Source: Pachysolen tannophilus NRRL Y-2460 (lineage: Eukaryota). From it: a stretch of DNA of 64,000 bases. Where the stretch lies: the NCBI GenBank assembly GCA_001661245.1, contig KV454014.1:1197989-1261988 (forward strand). Reading direction: 5' to 3'. Position numbers and translations under genes: made by a program. The notes below the pieces were generated by a model that did no database searches, was not told where the DNA came from, and saw only the letters and a program-made list of their open reading frames with translations. Of the stretch, positions 13,598 to 24,904 are shown one piece after another (the first letter of the stretch is position 1; each line of letters opens with the position of its first letter).

Positions 13598-14029
13598 AAA
13601 GAAAATATTTTGTTTTACTTTGCCTTCTGTACATTTTTCTCATTCATTGATAATTTTTGAATATATTTTGATTTCTTTTCTGCTAGTTTAAACTTTCTAA
13701 TATTTTTCATTTTCATTTTGTCTTTTTTTTTTTTTTTTTGTTTTTTCTTTTTTATTTTACGTAGTTTCTTTTCACTTATTTAAAAAAAAAAATGTCTTAT
13801 TATTACTCTATTATTATTATATTATTACTATATTAGAAAGCACAGAAATTTAATTTACATGATTCCAATGCTTTTTTTTCAAGTCAATACTTATTTGTTT
13901 AAAAATCCAAAAAAAAAAAATTCTACGCTTTGTAAATCATATAGATTAATGAGAAGTAATTGTATATATACATATGTATTAGGTGACCGATATTATTTTT
14001 AGTAAAATTTGTAGTTTTATCATTGGGAA

Positions 14030-15424
14030 TCAATTTCCAGTACTGTTTCCAACGCCATCTTCTTGTTCCAGATATTTTTTGTTCACTGATGTATCATCAT
14101 AATCATCTTCCGCGTCCACGTCCACACCAAAATCTCCTAATCCTTCTCCAAATTCATTGTACCATTCTGTTCTTTTTAAAGAAAGTCTTGGATCTACAAA
14201 CTTAATTTTTTTCTTAAGACTATTTTTATCTGTAATTGATCTTGTAAACAGGATATTTTCATCTGTACCAGTAGCACAAACATTTTGATTACCACCATCT
14301 GGAGGCCACGGGAGACCCAACTGATCATCTTCTGCAAAATTTCCTTCTATTTCAAAAATCAATCCATTATTTGTAGGTGTATGAGGTGCTTTAGACCATG
14401 GATATAACCACAAGTACCAAGGTCCTAATGAGTTTGTTAAATTTTGGTAAAAAGAAATGTCATATGGGAATATAATATCATCAATTGTAAAATTTTGAGG
14501 AGGTTCAATATTATCTATATCTGTTGTTTTCAAATTTCTCATTTCTATTCCTGTTTCTGTTTCATCTTTTTCCTCATCATCATCATTAATATCAACATCA
14601 ACATCATTACCTAAAATATGATTTTCCGCTAGATTTTCTGTTAAATAATGACCACTTGTCTTGAGTGAATTTGTTCCAGTATTTGTCCATGTAGTCAATT
14701 TAGATAAATCTAAAAATTTCCCATATTGCTGATAATAATTTTTCGATATTTGTCTCCATAATCTTTTTGTAAAAAATTGTGATTCTAATCTTTCCCTTTC
14801 CCATATTTCAATTTGGGTCATACCTGAAAATCCTATACCATATAATACCCTTATTAATAAGATTGTAATAGTGGCAAACATCATAAAATCTAATAATACC
14901 AATATAATAACAAATATTAATTCAGTAATATTGAATAAATAAGCTGGTAAATTACTATTTTTAACAATTAAAATTAATTTCTTTCCCAATTCATATAAAA
15001 CAAAACTTGATGTAATTTCAACCCAAAATAAAAACCTCAAGAAATGAGGTGTATTTTCATATCCAACACAATTCATTGTCCAAGGACAATGATGATCCAT
15101 CTTTAAAACACAACACCTACAACTTTTACAATGATGACATCTTTCTGGTTTATAATTTGAACATTTCTTACACCATCTTTTCCACAGAAGCCGATTAGGA
15201 AATTGATCATTATTAAAATCCTTGGGAGGTGATCCTGGATGAGTTACTATTGCCAAGTAATATGAAAGCCATACCATCAACACCAGTAATTCAAAAATAA
15301 TCTGTTTTCCAATACTAAAATCATATCTAAACACAAAAAAATGTGAACAATACCCGATAAACGATATCAAAAATGAAGGAATCAGTATACCAAGCCATGG
15401 CCATCTCAAATGAACAATAGCCAT
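14030..15424 (-). CDS. PFA4: DHHC palmitoyltransferase Pfa4
   Basis: CKKC..KPERCHHC..MDHHCPW; N-terminus LRWPWLGI(A)IPSFLISFIGY; LGLPWPPDG. Confidence 0.93.
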   Translation of the reverse strand: MAIVHLRWPWLGILIPSFLISFIGYCSHFFVFRYDFSIGKQIIFELLVLMVWLSYYLAIVTHPGSPPKDFNNDQFPNRLLWKRWCKKCSNYKPERCHHCKSCRCCVLKMDHHCPWTMNCVGYENTPHFLRFLFWVEITSSFVLYELGKKLILIVKNSNLPAYLFNITELIFVIILVLLDFMMFATITILLIRVLYGIGFSGMTQIEIWERERLESQFFTKRLWRQISKNYYQQYGKFLDLSKLTTWTNTGTNSLKTSGHYLTENLAENHILGNDVDVDINDDDEEKDETETGIEMRNLKTTDIDNIEPPQNFTIDDIIFPYDISFYQNLTNSLGPWYLWLYPWSKAPHTPTNNGLIFEIEGNFAEDDQLGLPWPPDGGNQNVCATGTDENILFTRSITDKNSLKKKIKFVDPRLSLKRTEWYNEFGEGLGDFGVDVDAEDDYDDTSVNKKYLEQEDGVGNSTGN

Positions 15425-15662
15425 ACTACCTTTCCGTCTCTATTTTTCAATCTATCTATTCAATAAGATTTCAAATCAAACCACACAATAGATAACAATC
15501 TTTAGGGGGAAAAAAATGAAAAAAATTTTTTAAAGATTGTATTCCGAAATTTAATAAAAGTTGTCGATTTCCAAGCTTAATTACGCATAAATAATACTTC
15601 TGCATCTTTTTTTTACTTGATTAAGTGTGGTTCCTGGTAATTATAAAGCCGGTATCAAGAAA

Positions 15663-15758
15663 GATAAAAAAGATACGCCAAAAATAATCTATAGAGAAAG
15701 TGCAGTGATGCTAGATAGCGTGGCTAGATATCATAGTTAGATTTTGTGGTTAGATAAG
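15663..15758. promoter_or_regulatory. Cluster of GATA sites (GATAA/GATAG/GATAAG), nitrogen catabolite repression type
   Basis: At least five GATA cores within ~100 bp, upstream of an allantoate-permease-family gene. Confidence 0.5.
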
Positions 15759-15897
15759 TAACTGGAAGATTATAGATTGTGGTTAATTTCTTATATATAT
15801 ATATGTAGAGAATGATCTTTAGTTGTAAAAATATTATGACTTTTTATTTTTTTTTTTTTTTTTGTAAGAGAATGAATGAATTATAAGTATATTGATA

Positions 15898-17517
15898 ATG
15901 TCAGAGTTTCAGTATAATGGTGTTGATGAGAAATTGGCTAATGTCAATGTGGGTCAAAAGGAAGATAGTGAAGGTGATGGTTTAGATGAAGAAGCTGTCT
16001 TAGCTCAAGTTATTTCTTCAATTAGGAGTCATACAGATCATGCAGAATATGATATGAAAAATGATGTTGATGAAGCAATGTATTTAGCTCTTAAATCTAA
16101 AGGTGTTACTTTAGATGAAATTACTGATAAGAAATTATTAAGAAAAATTGATTTCCATATTTTACCATTATGTTGTATATTATATAGTATTCAGTATATG
16201 GATAAGACAACTACATCTTATGCATCTATTATGGGTATTACTGAAGATTTAGATATGGTTGGTAATATGTATTCATGGACTGGTACTGCATTTTATTTTG
16301 GATATTTAATATTTGTATTTCAAGCTTCTTATTTATTACAAAAATTCCCATTATCAAAGGCAACTGCAATTTTCATATTTTTATGGGGTGCAATATTATG
16401 TCTTAATGCTGCATGTACAACTTATAAATCATTTGTAACATTAAGAGTATTATTAGGGATGTTTGAAAGTTCAATTACACCTTCAATGATGATTCTTACT
16501 AGTCAATGGTATAAAAAAGAAGAACAATTTTTAAGAACTGCAATTTGGTTTTCATTTAATGGATTAGGAACTATAATGGGTAGTGGGATTGCTTATGGAT
16601 TAGCAATTCATCTGGATAGTTATTCAGTTACAGCATGGAAACTTTTATTTATTATAACAGGAGTTATGTCAATTTTTGTTTCAATTTTATGGATTTTCAT
16701 AATTCCTGATTCTCCTTCAAATGCATGGTTTCTTAATGAAGAAGAAAAATTAATGATTGTTGAAAGAATTAGAGAAAATAAACAAGGTTTTGGTAATAAA
16801 CATTTTAAAAAATATCAATTTATTGAAGCAATAAGTTCACCTTTAACTTATTTATATGCTTTTTATTCATTTTGTACAGATGTTCCAAATGGTGGATTAG
16901 GTAGTTTTGGATCAATTTTATTAACAGATGATTTTGGTTTTACAACAAAGAAAGCATTAATTATGTCAATGCCAGGAGGTGCAGTTGAAGTTGTTGGATG
17001 TATTGCTATTGCATTTTTTATGCAAAAAAAATTAAAAATTCATAGAATGTTATTAGCAACTATTAATACTGCACTTGTATTAATTTATTCTTGTATGTTA
17101 GCATTTGCAAGTCATTCAAAAAAAACAAGATTAGCTGGTTATTATTTATTTAGTACAGCACCAATAGGTATGATTTGTGCACTTTCATGTTTTTCTTCAA
17201 ATACAGCAGGTCATACAAAAAAAATTATTGTAAATGCAATTTTTTTAGTTGGTTATTGTGTTGGTAATATAGTTGGTCCACAAACTTTTAAATCAAGTGA
17301 AGCACCTCATTATCAAGGTGCAAAAATTGCAATTGTAATTTGTTATTGTTTTGCTGTAGCATTAATGCTGGGTGCATATATTGTTTGTTCTTTAGAAAAT
17401 AAAAAAAGAGATAAATTACAAGCTGAAAATCCAGATATTGGAATAAGTCATATCCAAAACTCAGAATTTGCTGACTTGACAGATAAGGAAAATGTCAATT
17501 TTAGATATGAATTATAA
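15898..17517 (+). CDS. DAL5: MFS allantoate/ureidosuccinate permease family (Dal5-like)
   Basis: KLLRKID, QYMDK, QWYKKEEQFLR, SNTAGHTKK, GNIVGPQTF, EFADLTDKEN motifs; first ATG at 15898. Confidence 0.8.
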   Translation: MSEFQYNGVDEKLANVNVGQKEDSEGDGLDEEAVLAQVISSIRSHTDHAEYDMKNDVDEAMYLALKSKGVTLDEITDKKLLRKIDFHILPLCCILYSIQYMDKTTTSYASIMGITEDLDMVGNMYSWTGTAFYFGYLIFVFQASYLLQKFPLSKATAIFIFLWGAILCLNAACTTYKSFVTLRVLLGMFESSITPSMMILTSQWYKKEEQFLRTAIWFSFNGLGTIMGSGIAYGLAIHLDSYSVTAWKLLFIITGVMSIFVSILWIFIIPDSPSNAWFLNEEEKLMIVERIRENKQGFGNKHFKKYQFIEAISSPLTYLYAFYSFCTDVPNGGLGSFGSILLTDDFGFTTKKALIMSMPGGAVEVVGCIAIAFFMQKKLKIHRMLLATINTALVLIYSCMLAFASHSKKTRLAGYYLFSTAPIGMICALSCFSSNTAGHTKKIIVNAIFLVGYCVGNIVGPQTFKSSEAPHYQGAKIAIVICYCFAVALMLGAYIVCSLENKKRDKLQAENPDIGISHIQNSEFADLTDKENVNFRYEL

Positions 17518-18007
17518 AAAATCTTATATATGTTATCTTAAACTTCCATCATCATATTTCCCTAATATATACATACAAAAAAGGGGGTATAAAAGGGGGT
17601 GATTCCCATATACTGAAAACTGAAAAAAAAAATAAACGCAAAAGTCTTAAAAATTTTAAATAAAAAAAACCACACAAACATTTACTTTCTCTCTTTCTTT
17701 CTGTAGCGACCTAGAAACTTCAAAACCTTTCTCCCATACTCAGAATCATAGCTGATTCAAATACATTCTTGTCGCTTTTCCCTCTTCAAATTTGTTCCAT
17801 TTGAAAAATTTCTCATATAAAAATTACAGTTAAGAAGAAAAAAGTCGTGTCGTTTTGACTCAAAATAAATTTTTTCATTTTTGTGAAAAAATTCAACCAA
17901 AAAAGAAAGAAAGGAAAAAAAAAAGAGTCAAAGAAGAAAATATAAAACTTGTTAATAAAGTATTATATATTGAAACTTTTTCTTTTTTAAGATATAAAGT
18001 ATTCAAG

Positions 18008-18723
18008 ATGCCAAAGAACGGTAAAGGTAAAGTAAGTATTGAGAAAATAAATGGGAATGAGAAAGGGAAAAAGAATGAGGTTATTGAAAGATAAATTTGC
18101 CGCTAAGAGATGAAAAAAAAAAAAAGATTTCAAATGATTTTTCATTAAATTTTTTGATCGAGCAATTAATATTGATATAGTGGTGAAAGAGTTTGAGTTT
18201 TTTTTTCTTTCATTTTTTCATTTTTTCATTTTTCCGTAAATTTTGTTGAATAGAAACTAACATTGAAAAAAATTAATTTGAATAGGGTGGTAAAAATAGA
18301 AGAAGAGGTAAGAATGATAATGAAGGTCAAAAGAGAGAATTAATACTTAGAGAAGATGGTCAAGAATATGCTCAAATTACAAAGATGTTGGGTAATGGTA
18401 GAGTTGAAGCTACTTGTTTTGATGGTGTAAAAAGAATGGCACACATTAGAGGTAAATTAAGAAAAAAAGTTTGGATGTCTCAAGGTGATATTATATTAGT
18501 TTCTTTAAGAGATTTTCAAGATGATCAATGTGATGTTGTTCATAAATATAACTTGGATGAAGCAAGAACTTTGAAAACCATGGGAGAATTACCAGAAAGT
18601 GCAAAGATCAACGAAACTGATACTTTTGGTGGTGATGACGATGATGATGTTAACTTTGAATTTGGTGCCGCCAGTGATGAAGATGAAGATGAAGATGAAG
18701 AATTGGATATCGATGATATTTAG
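18008..18723 (+). CDS. TIF11: Translation initiation factor eIF1A; exons 18008-18031 and 18286-18723 (153 aa)
   Basis: [45 protein letters not shown], acidic tail ending DIDDI. Confidence 0.96.
18032..18285 (+). other. Spliceosomal intron in TIF11 (254 nt)
   Basis: GTAAGT donor, AACTAAC at 18255-18261, TAG acceptor; phase 0. Confidence 0.92.
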
Positions 18724-19360
18724 ATTGTAAGGTAAGGTAAATCTACCCTTTTTTTTTTTTTTTTCTTTCTTTTCATTATTATTATTGTTATTATTTCTTT
18801 CTTTTTGCTTTTAACCTGTTAATATATAAAGTTTATATTTATTTGAAAGTTGAAAGGTTTGTGGCTTCAATTTTTTTTTTTTTTTTTGTATTTTTTTTTT
18901 TGTGAATAATATAATTCATTTTTCCAAGTTTATTAGGTAGGAATAGAGAGAATAGAAATTTGATCTTTTAATAAAAACTTTACCTAAGAATATTAATACT
19001 ACTAGTAGTAGTAGTAGTAGTAGTAGTATATATATGATATGGAAGTATAAAAATCAAACAACAAATAGTATATGATAAGTGGTTAAAATAATACCAAGGA
19101 AGAATCTAATTTTTTTACCAACTAATTTTTTGTCTCTTGATCCTTCTTGGCATTATCATCACAATAATAATAATAATAATAAAACACATGAATATATATA
19201 TATATATATATAAATGTAAAACAAACTAAACTAGAAAAAAAAAAAACGGATTGTCCATCCGATAAACAATTTTAATTTTGATGTCGATTTTTTTTTTTTT
19301 TGTTCTTTTAATTTTCATATCTAAAAAATAAACGAAAGCTTGCTTAATAATTTAATCTCT

Positions 19361-20425
19361 TTAATCATCAATTTCAAAACTGTCGTATCTTCTTAATTCT
19401 AACTCGGAATGATTAGTATCCCTTCTCATTTGCATTGATCGCCTACCTTGATAACTGCTAATACCATTATCACTAATTGGTAAATCTCCTAATCCATTTT
19501 TACTTGAACCAAATAAATGTTCTCCTTCTGGATTTTTTCTTGAAATATTTAACAAATAAACTCCACTAAAAATGATCAAAAATCCACAAATTAATGAAAT
19601 AATATTAACAGATGATGTAGTATTAAAGCCTTTAAATAAAATAAATGAAGCTACTAAAGTGAAAGTAGTAAAAGTCACATAATATAATGGATTAACAATT
19701 GAAGTATCAAATTGATCTAAAGCCTTATTAAAATAAGTCATTTGAGTCATAATACAAACAACAACAACAATAATAAAAATATAAGTTGATACATGTGTAA
19801 ATTGATTATTCCCACCTAAAGTCAATTTCAATGCAATACCAAAACCTTTTATTGACATAACACTAACTGAACCAACTGTAGAACATATACTAATATAAAT
19901 CATTGGATTTTTAGTTCCATATTTTGGAACAACTTTATAAATCATAACAGCACAATAAATCAGAATACATGTACAATAAAGTAAAAAACCAGGTTGAGTA
20001 GCATAACCTAAAATTTCATCCACAGTAGTAACTTCTTTATCAGGAGGAGCATGCAAAACAATAATAACTGAACCTAAAAGACATATTGCACAACCCATCT
20101 TACCTAAAGTACCTAATTCCTCTTTCAAGAAAACTGCTGCCAATACTGCACCAATAATTACAGAAAGAGCACCTAATGGTGTTACTAAAATTGCAGGAGC
20201 AAATGTATAAGCAGCAAAATTAGCAACTTCACCGATTGCCATAGTAAGCATACCAGCCCACCAAATGGGATTTTGTAAATATTCATAACCTTGAACTTGA
20301 TCATTTCCTGAAATCTTTGATGCATTTATTAAACCTTTCTTGGTGATAATAAAAGATGTTCCTATTGCCAACGAAGACGACATCGCTAAGGCCAATCCAA
20401 TATATTTATCATCAACCATTCTCAT
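19361..20425 (-). CDS. NIPA-family Mg2+ transporter (DUF803)
   Basis: DKYIGLALAMSSSLAIGTSFIITKKGL and NFAAYTFAPAILVTPLGALSV; start may be the second Met at 20419. Confidence 0.9.
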   Translation of the reverse strand: MRMVDDKYIGLALAMSSSLAIGTSFIITKKGLINASKISGNDQVQGYEYLQNPIWWAGMLTMAIGEVANFAAYTFAPAILVTPLGALSVIIGAVLAAVFLKEELGTLGKMGCAICLLGSVIIVLHAPPDKEVTTVDEILGYATQPGFLLYCTCILIYCAVMIYKVVPKYGTKNPMIYISICSTVGSVSVMSIKGFGIALKLTLGGNNQFTHVSTYIFIIVVVVCIMTQMTYFNKALDQFDTSIVNPLYYVTFTTFTLVASFILFKGFNTTSSVNIISLICGFLIIFSGVYLLNISRKNPEGEHLFGSSKNGLGDLPISDNGISSYQGRRSMQMRRDTNHSELELRRYDSFEIDD

Positions 20426-21110
20426 ATGTATATATATTTATATATATATATATATATATTTTTTTAATAGTATAATAACAGGTGTGTTTACTATCCTGTT
20501 GAAATGAATGCTTATGTTTTTTTATTTTTTTTTTTTTTCCTCTTCTATAATCAATTGAATTTATAGCTATTTCGTATAAATCTCTTTTCCCAAATGATTC
20601 TTATCAATAATGAAGCTAGATCAGATAAAATTCAAGACCAAAATGTGTAATGAAACATTGAAGTTTCACCAACTTTGAAAACGCGTACGTATTAATTATT
20701 AAAATGAGAAATGATTTTGTTTTTTTTTTGTATCACTTCAAAATTTATATTATTTTTTCAATTTTTTTTTTTTTTTAATTTATTTTATCTAAAACATTAA
20801 TTATTATTACTATAAACTACTACTAAAATTTAACCAAAAAATGAAGAAAAGAAAATGGGAAAAGCTTGCAAGACATGGGGTTGATATAGTGAAATGGTAA
20901 AACGGTGAAACAAAACTGGAAACTAAAAACTGAAAACTGAAAAAGACAAAAAGACAAAAAGAAAAAGCGAAAACTTTAATAAATATGGTTAAATTCTCGC
21001 TTTCTTGGTATATAGTAATAGATATATATGCACACACGGAAATGAATATTAAGGAATGGAAATAATGAATGAAGGGGAAAGGAATTGGGAGGACAATGAG
21101 GAGAGAAGTT

Positions 21111-21159
21111 GGGAATGGGAATGAGAATGGGAGTGGGAGTGGGAGTGATAGTGGTTGGG
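21111..21159 (+). repeat. GGGART hexamer repeat downstream of CDC5
   Basis: gggaat gggaat gagaat gggagt gggagt gggagt. Confidence 0.7.
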
Positions 21160-21175
21160 AGAGAAAATAAATTAT

Positions 21176-23008
21176 CTATTGTAAGCATTTTCTGAGACTT
21201 TTCTTAATTATTTCAAATTTAAGTGGGAAATAATCATCTGTTACTTCTCCATTCAAAGCATTTTTAAGACTAAGTGTAGTAACTTGTTTATCAGCACTAA
21301 TATGAGTAATAGTTGAACCTTTTAAAACATATTTATGATGGTCTTTGAAATTCCATTGAAAAGTTTCATTTGATAAATGAAATAAAACGTAAACATCATT
21401 ACGTACATAGAATTTCATATAAACTACTTCATTAGAAATACCTTTACCATCACCAGCTGAAGATAAATTAGCTTGCATATAATTTTCGAAAAAATGTAAA
21501 ATTTCAACATTTCTCTTTAAAGGATAAGGTATACCATTAGTTGGATATTTTCTCAGAGTATCATCTTTAATATAATAAATTTCATTTGAATTATTATCAA
21601 TATTTAAAATTGAATCTCCATTATTAAATAAAACACCAATATCTTTTGTAGATAATTCAAAGGCAAAACCATGTTTATTACTATAATCAACCCATTTTGT
21701 TACTGTAATTGGAGATTGTATATCTGTTTGTACAAATTGATTATTTTCAATTTTATCTATAATTAAAAGTAAATTATTAATTGCAGCATATGAAGATTCT
21801 TTTGAATCTCTTCTAGAAATCTCTTTATATTTATTTCTAGTATTTTTAGGTGATAATGATGATGGTAAAACTTTTTCTCTATTTGTTTCATTCAATTCTT
21901 GTTGTTTTAAAAGTTCAACTGGTGTTTGTTTATTGTCATTAATACCAGCTTTTAATTTAGCTGTTTTAAAATTAATAATTGATTGCTCTTTTGTAATATT
22001 TGAAAAATCTGGATTATGTCTTAAACTTTCAACAGTGATTTTTTTAGGAAATGAACCAGATTTAAACCAAGGATATTCTAAAATATCTTCTAATGAAGGT
22101 CTTTGTAAAGGATTTGTTGCTAATATATCTGAAATTAATTTTTTTGCTTCATTTGAAATTTGAACTTTATCATCATTTGGGAAATGATAATCATTTTGTT
22201 TAATTCTTTCATAAATAACTTGAACATCTTTAGATTGGAAAGGTGGTTTACCACATAATAAAGCATACATCATAACACCAATTGCCCAAATATCAATTTC
22301 AAAAGAATGTCCAGTATTTTTACCTTCTAATACTTCAGGCGCTATATAATTAGGAGTACCACAAATGGTATATTTTCTTGAAGAATGTGGACCCAAGACA
22401 GAAGCTAAACCAAAATCTCCAATTTTTAAATTCATTTCAGGATCGAAAAAAATATTACCTAATTTTAAATCTCTATGAATTACTCTTCTTGAATGTAAAT
22501 ATCTTATAGCTCCAATAATTTGAACCATGAAAAATCTAACTTCAGGTTCTGTTAAAGTTTTTCTTGTTTTTAAAAGGTCCATCAAACTTCCATTAGGACA
22601 TATTTCTAATAAGATATATACATTTGTATCATCTTCAAAACAATCAATAAATCCAACAATATTTATATGAGACATACTTTTATGAATTTTAATTTCAGAT
22701 AATAATTTTGTCTTGGTTTTTTCATTTTTAATTGAGGCCTTTGCAACTGTCTTTGCTGCAAAAATTTCCCCCGATTCATCTTTCATTTGAAAACATCTTG
22801 CAAAACCACCTTCTCCTAAGAAAAGACCTCTATGATAACCTCTTCCACCTCTAGTTCTAATAATTGAAGGAGGAGTCTTACAAAGCGCCGAAAGTTTTTC
22901 CTTCTTTTTCTTGGCCGGTTTATCAGAAACTGGCTTAACAGGTGTTTGCACTATAGCAAGATTGGTTCTTCTATTCAAATCAGAAGCTTGTAGCGGCTTT
23001 AAAGACAT
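21176..23008 (-). CDS. CDC5: Polo-like kinase Cdc5
   Basis: GEGGFARC, HRDLKLGN, DFGLA, TICGTPNYIAPE; polo boxes VTKWVDYSNKHG and FKDHHK. Confidence 0.95.
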   Translation of the reverse strand: MSLKPLQASDLNRRTNLAIVQTPVKPVSDKPAKKKKEKLSALCKTPPSIIRTRGGRGYHRGLFLGEGGFARCFQMKDESGEIFAAKTVAKASIKNEKTKTKLLSEIKIHKSMSHINIVGFIDCFEDDTNVYILLEICPNGSLMDLLKTRKTLTEPEVRFFMVQIIGAIRYLHSRRVIHRDLKLGNIFFDPEMNLKIGDFGLASVLGPHSSRKYTICGTPNYIAPEVLEGKNTGHSFEIDIWAIGVMMYALLCGKPPFQSKDVQVIYERIKQNDYHFPNDDKVQISNEAKKLISDILATNPLQRPSLEDILEYPWFKSGSFPKKITVESLRHNPDFSNITKEQSIINFKTAKLKAGINDNKQTPVELLKQQELNETNREKVLPSSLSPKNTRNKYKEISRRDSKESSYAAINNLLLIIDKIENNQFVQTDIQSPITVTKWVDYSNKHGFAFELSTKDIGVLFNNGDSILNIDNNSNEIYYIKDDTLRKYPTNGIPYPLKRNVEILHFFENYMQANLSSAGDGKGISNEVVYMKFYVRNDVYVLFHLSNETFQWNFKDHHKYVLKGSTITHISADKQVTTLSLKNALNGEVTDDYFPLKFEIIKKSLRKCLQ

Positions 23009-23448
23009 TTTTTAAAAAAACTCAATTTTGAATTCAATCTGGAATAATAATTAATACCTGTTAATGAAATTCCCACCTCTCTCTAAGCTATACAACGCTG
23101 ACAATGGAGAATAATATAAGGGAATCAGTAAAACAAAAAAAAAGAAATACCAAATAAAAAAGAATTTAGACGCCGATGGAGAAAAGTTATTTTCTTTTTT
23201 TATCTTGCAAGAAAATAAAACAAAAATTCACTCAATATACCCAATGATAAAAGAAAGTTAGAAACAACTAATTAACTCCTTTTTATTTTTTTTTCTTCCA
23301 GTCTTGATTAGATTGAAAGAAAGAAAGAAGAAAAGTTTATACACATGAAGAAAAGAATTATTACCATATACTTAAGTAATTCTTAAGTTTCAAATTCTTG
23401 AACAAAAAAATGATATTTTGATTTTAGCACAGAAAGACATTTTTTTAT

Positions 23449-23561
23449 TTATTTACTTATTGCCAAAAAAGGAAATTCTTTGACACGTAACTGTTTTTGA
23501 AAGTACTAAAGAAATGACAGATTCTTTAATTACACTTCCCAGAAGGGAAATTGATCAATAA
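23449..23561. promoter_or_regulatory. Two Mcm1-Forkhead composite elements (CLB2-cluster type) upstream of CDC5
   Basis: Minus strand TTTCCTTTTTTGGCAA-TAA-GTAAATAA (23475-23449); plus strand CTTCCCAGAAGGGAAA-TTG-ATCAATAA (23535-23561). Confidence 0.75.
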
Positions 23562-23910
23562 GGGTATTTACATATATATAAATATATATATATGTATTTA
23601 TACATCATGATGAACATATTGTTGGTGCGACATTAAGATTATTGGTACGATTAAAGTTCAAACTCTTTTAATGTTTACTGCAGAATTATTCTTGTGTAAA
23701 AAAAGAAAATTAAAAAAAAAAAGTTTTTCTTTAAAATTTGGCATTTTGTAACCCAAATGAGGCTATTGTTTCCTTGTAACTGGAAATTACAGTTTTACAA
23801 TTAAACAGTTTAACGCTTATCATGTTAGTTGTAAGTAAGAAAGTAAGAAATCCCACGTATACAGCCTCAATTTGGTGGCTAAAAAGGCAAAGAAAAAAAA
23901 TTTTTTTTTT

Positions 23911-24105
23911 TGTGTAGGGACAGCCCTAAAGAATTGTATAGTGAGTGTAGCCTTTGTCTCAATTGGGACTGTTTATTTGAGTCTCTATGCTGGACCAATG
24001 TTATGGGCTGCCTGTCTTCGCTGATTTTGATGCCTGGGGTGTCTCGCCTAGCTGGGCGGCACAGCCAGGCTGGTTTACCGCCTAGGAGTCTAACCCTAAC
24101 TATTG
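23911..24105 (+). other. GC-rich (~50%) non-coding island with stem-loops and ARCCCTAA (Tbf1-type) sites; candidate ncRNA or regulatory element
   Basis: Stems CAGCCC/GGGCTG, GCCTGG/CCAGGC and CGCCT-AGCT-GGGCG; AGCCCTAA at 23922, AACCCTAA at 24092. Confidence 0.4.
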
Positions 24106-24286
24106 AGCAATAAATCTACTTCTTCTCTTTATACTGAAAAAAAAAACTGCATTATAAGTACACAGTAATAACAAGTAAAATAAAACTAAAAAATTGATTC
24201 TTTCTAGACCTGAGATATTGGACAGTTTTCGAAAAAAGAAAAAGAAAAGGAATAAACAAAAAAAAAAACAATATATATATATATTA

Positions 24287-24904
24287 TTAGAATCTTCCTC
24301 TACCACGTCCTCCAAAACTGTTACCTCTCTGTCCACCTCTTGAACCACCACGTCCTCCAAAGCTACCACCTCTCAGACCTCCTCTTGAACCTCCACGACC
24401 ACCAAAACTGTTTCCTCTTGAACTAAAACCTCTAGAACCTCCACGTCCTCCTCTTTGACCTCCTCTAGCACCACCACGGGAAGCACCAGCACCACCTGGA
24501 GCTCTCTTCTTCTTAGGTTTTGGACCATATTCTTTTGGCTTTGGTAAAAATCTTTCCAAAGGTAACAACTTATCTGGACTTATATAAAATTTATCACCAG
24601 CTTTAAAAGATTTAGCAACAACACCTTCTGAAGGTTTTATGGTAAAAAAAACTTCATTTAAAGGACCCAATATCTCATCAACTTTACCCACCTGAGTCTT
24701 ATTCTCCAAATAAATTGGCGCATTAAAATACGGAATCTTAGAATTGATCGAATTGCAAACTATATCACCCTCACATGAATGTAAAAAAGTACCCATTTCT
24801 TGAACAGTATCTGGAGGTCCCTGTTGTATAGGCCTCTGAGTACGTCCACCACCAAAACCTCCTCTACTACTTCCTCTAGAAAATCCACCTCTACCTCTAT
24901 TCAT
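24287..24904 (-). CDS. GAR1: H/ACA snoRNP protein Gar1
   Basis: [38 protein letters not shown]-rich termini; ATG at 24904. Confidence 0.96.
   Translation of the reverse strand: MNRGRGGFSRGSSRGGFGGGRTQRPIQQGPPDTVQEMGTFLHSCEGDIVCNSINSKIPYFNAPIYLENKTQVGKVDEILGPLNEVFFTIKPSEGVVAKSFKAGDKFYISPDKLLPLERFLPKPKEYGPKPKKKRAPGGAGASRGGARGGQRGGRGGSRGFSSRGNSFGGRGGSRGGLRGGSFGGRGGSRGGQRGNSFGGRGRGRF

Noticed and set aside
24090..24100. Calling the locus telomerase RNA from CTAACCCTAAC alone
   Set aside because: Only ~190 nt remain before the antisense GAR1 CDS, no pseudoknot, three-way junction or Sm site is visible downstream, and a Tbf1 site explains the motif; kept only as a hypothesis
24374..24376. CUG=Ser code
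   Set aside because: Fits GAR1 and one TOP1 site, but the PFA4, SIN3 and PRO1 sites correspond to Ala in recalled orthologues; Ala explains all sites
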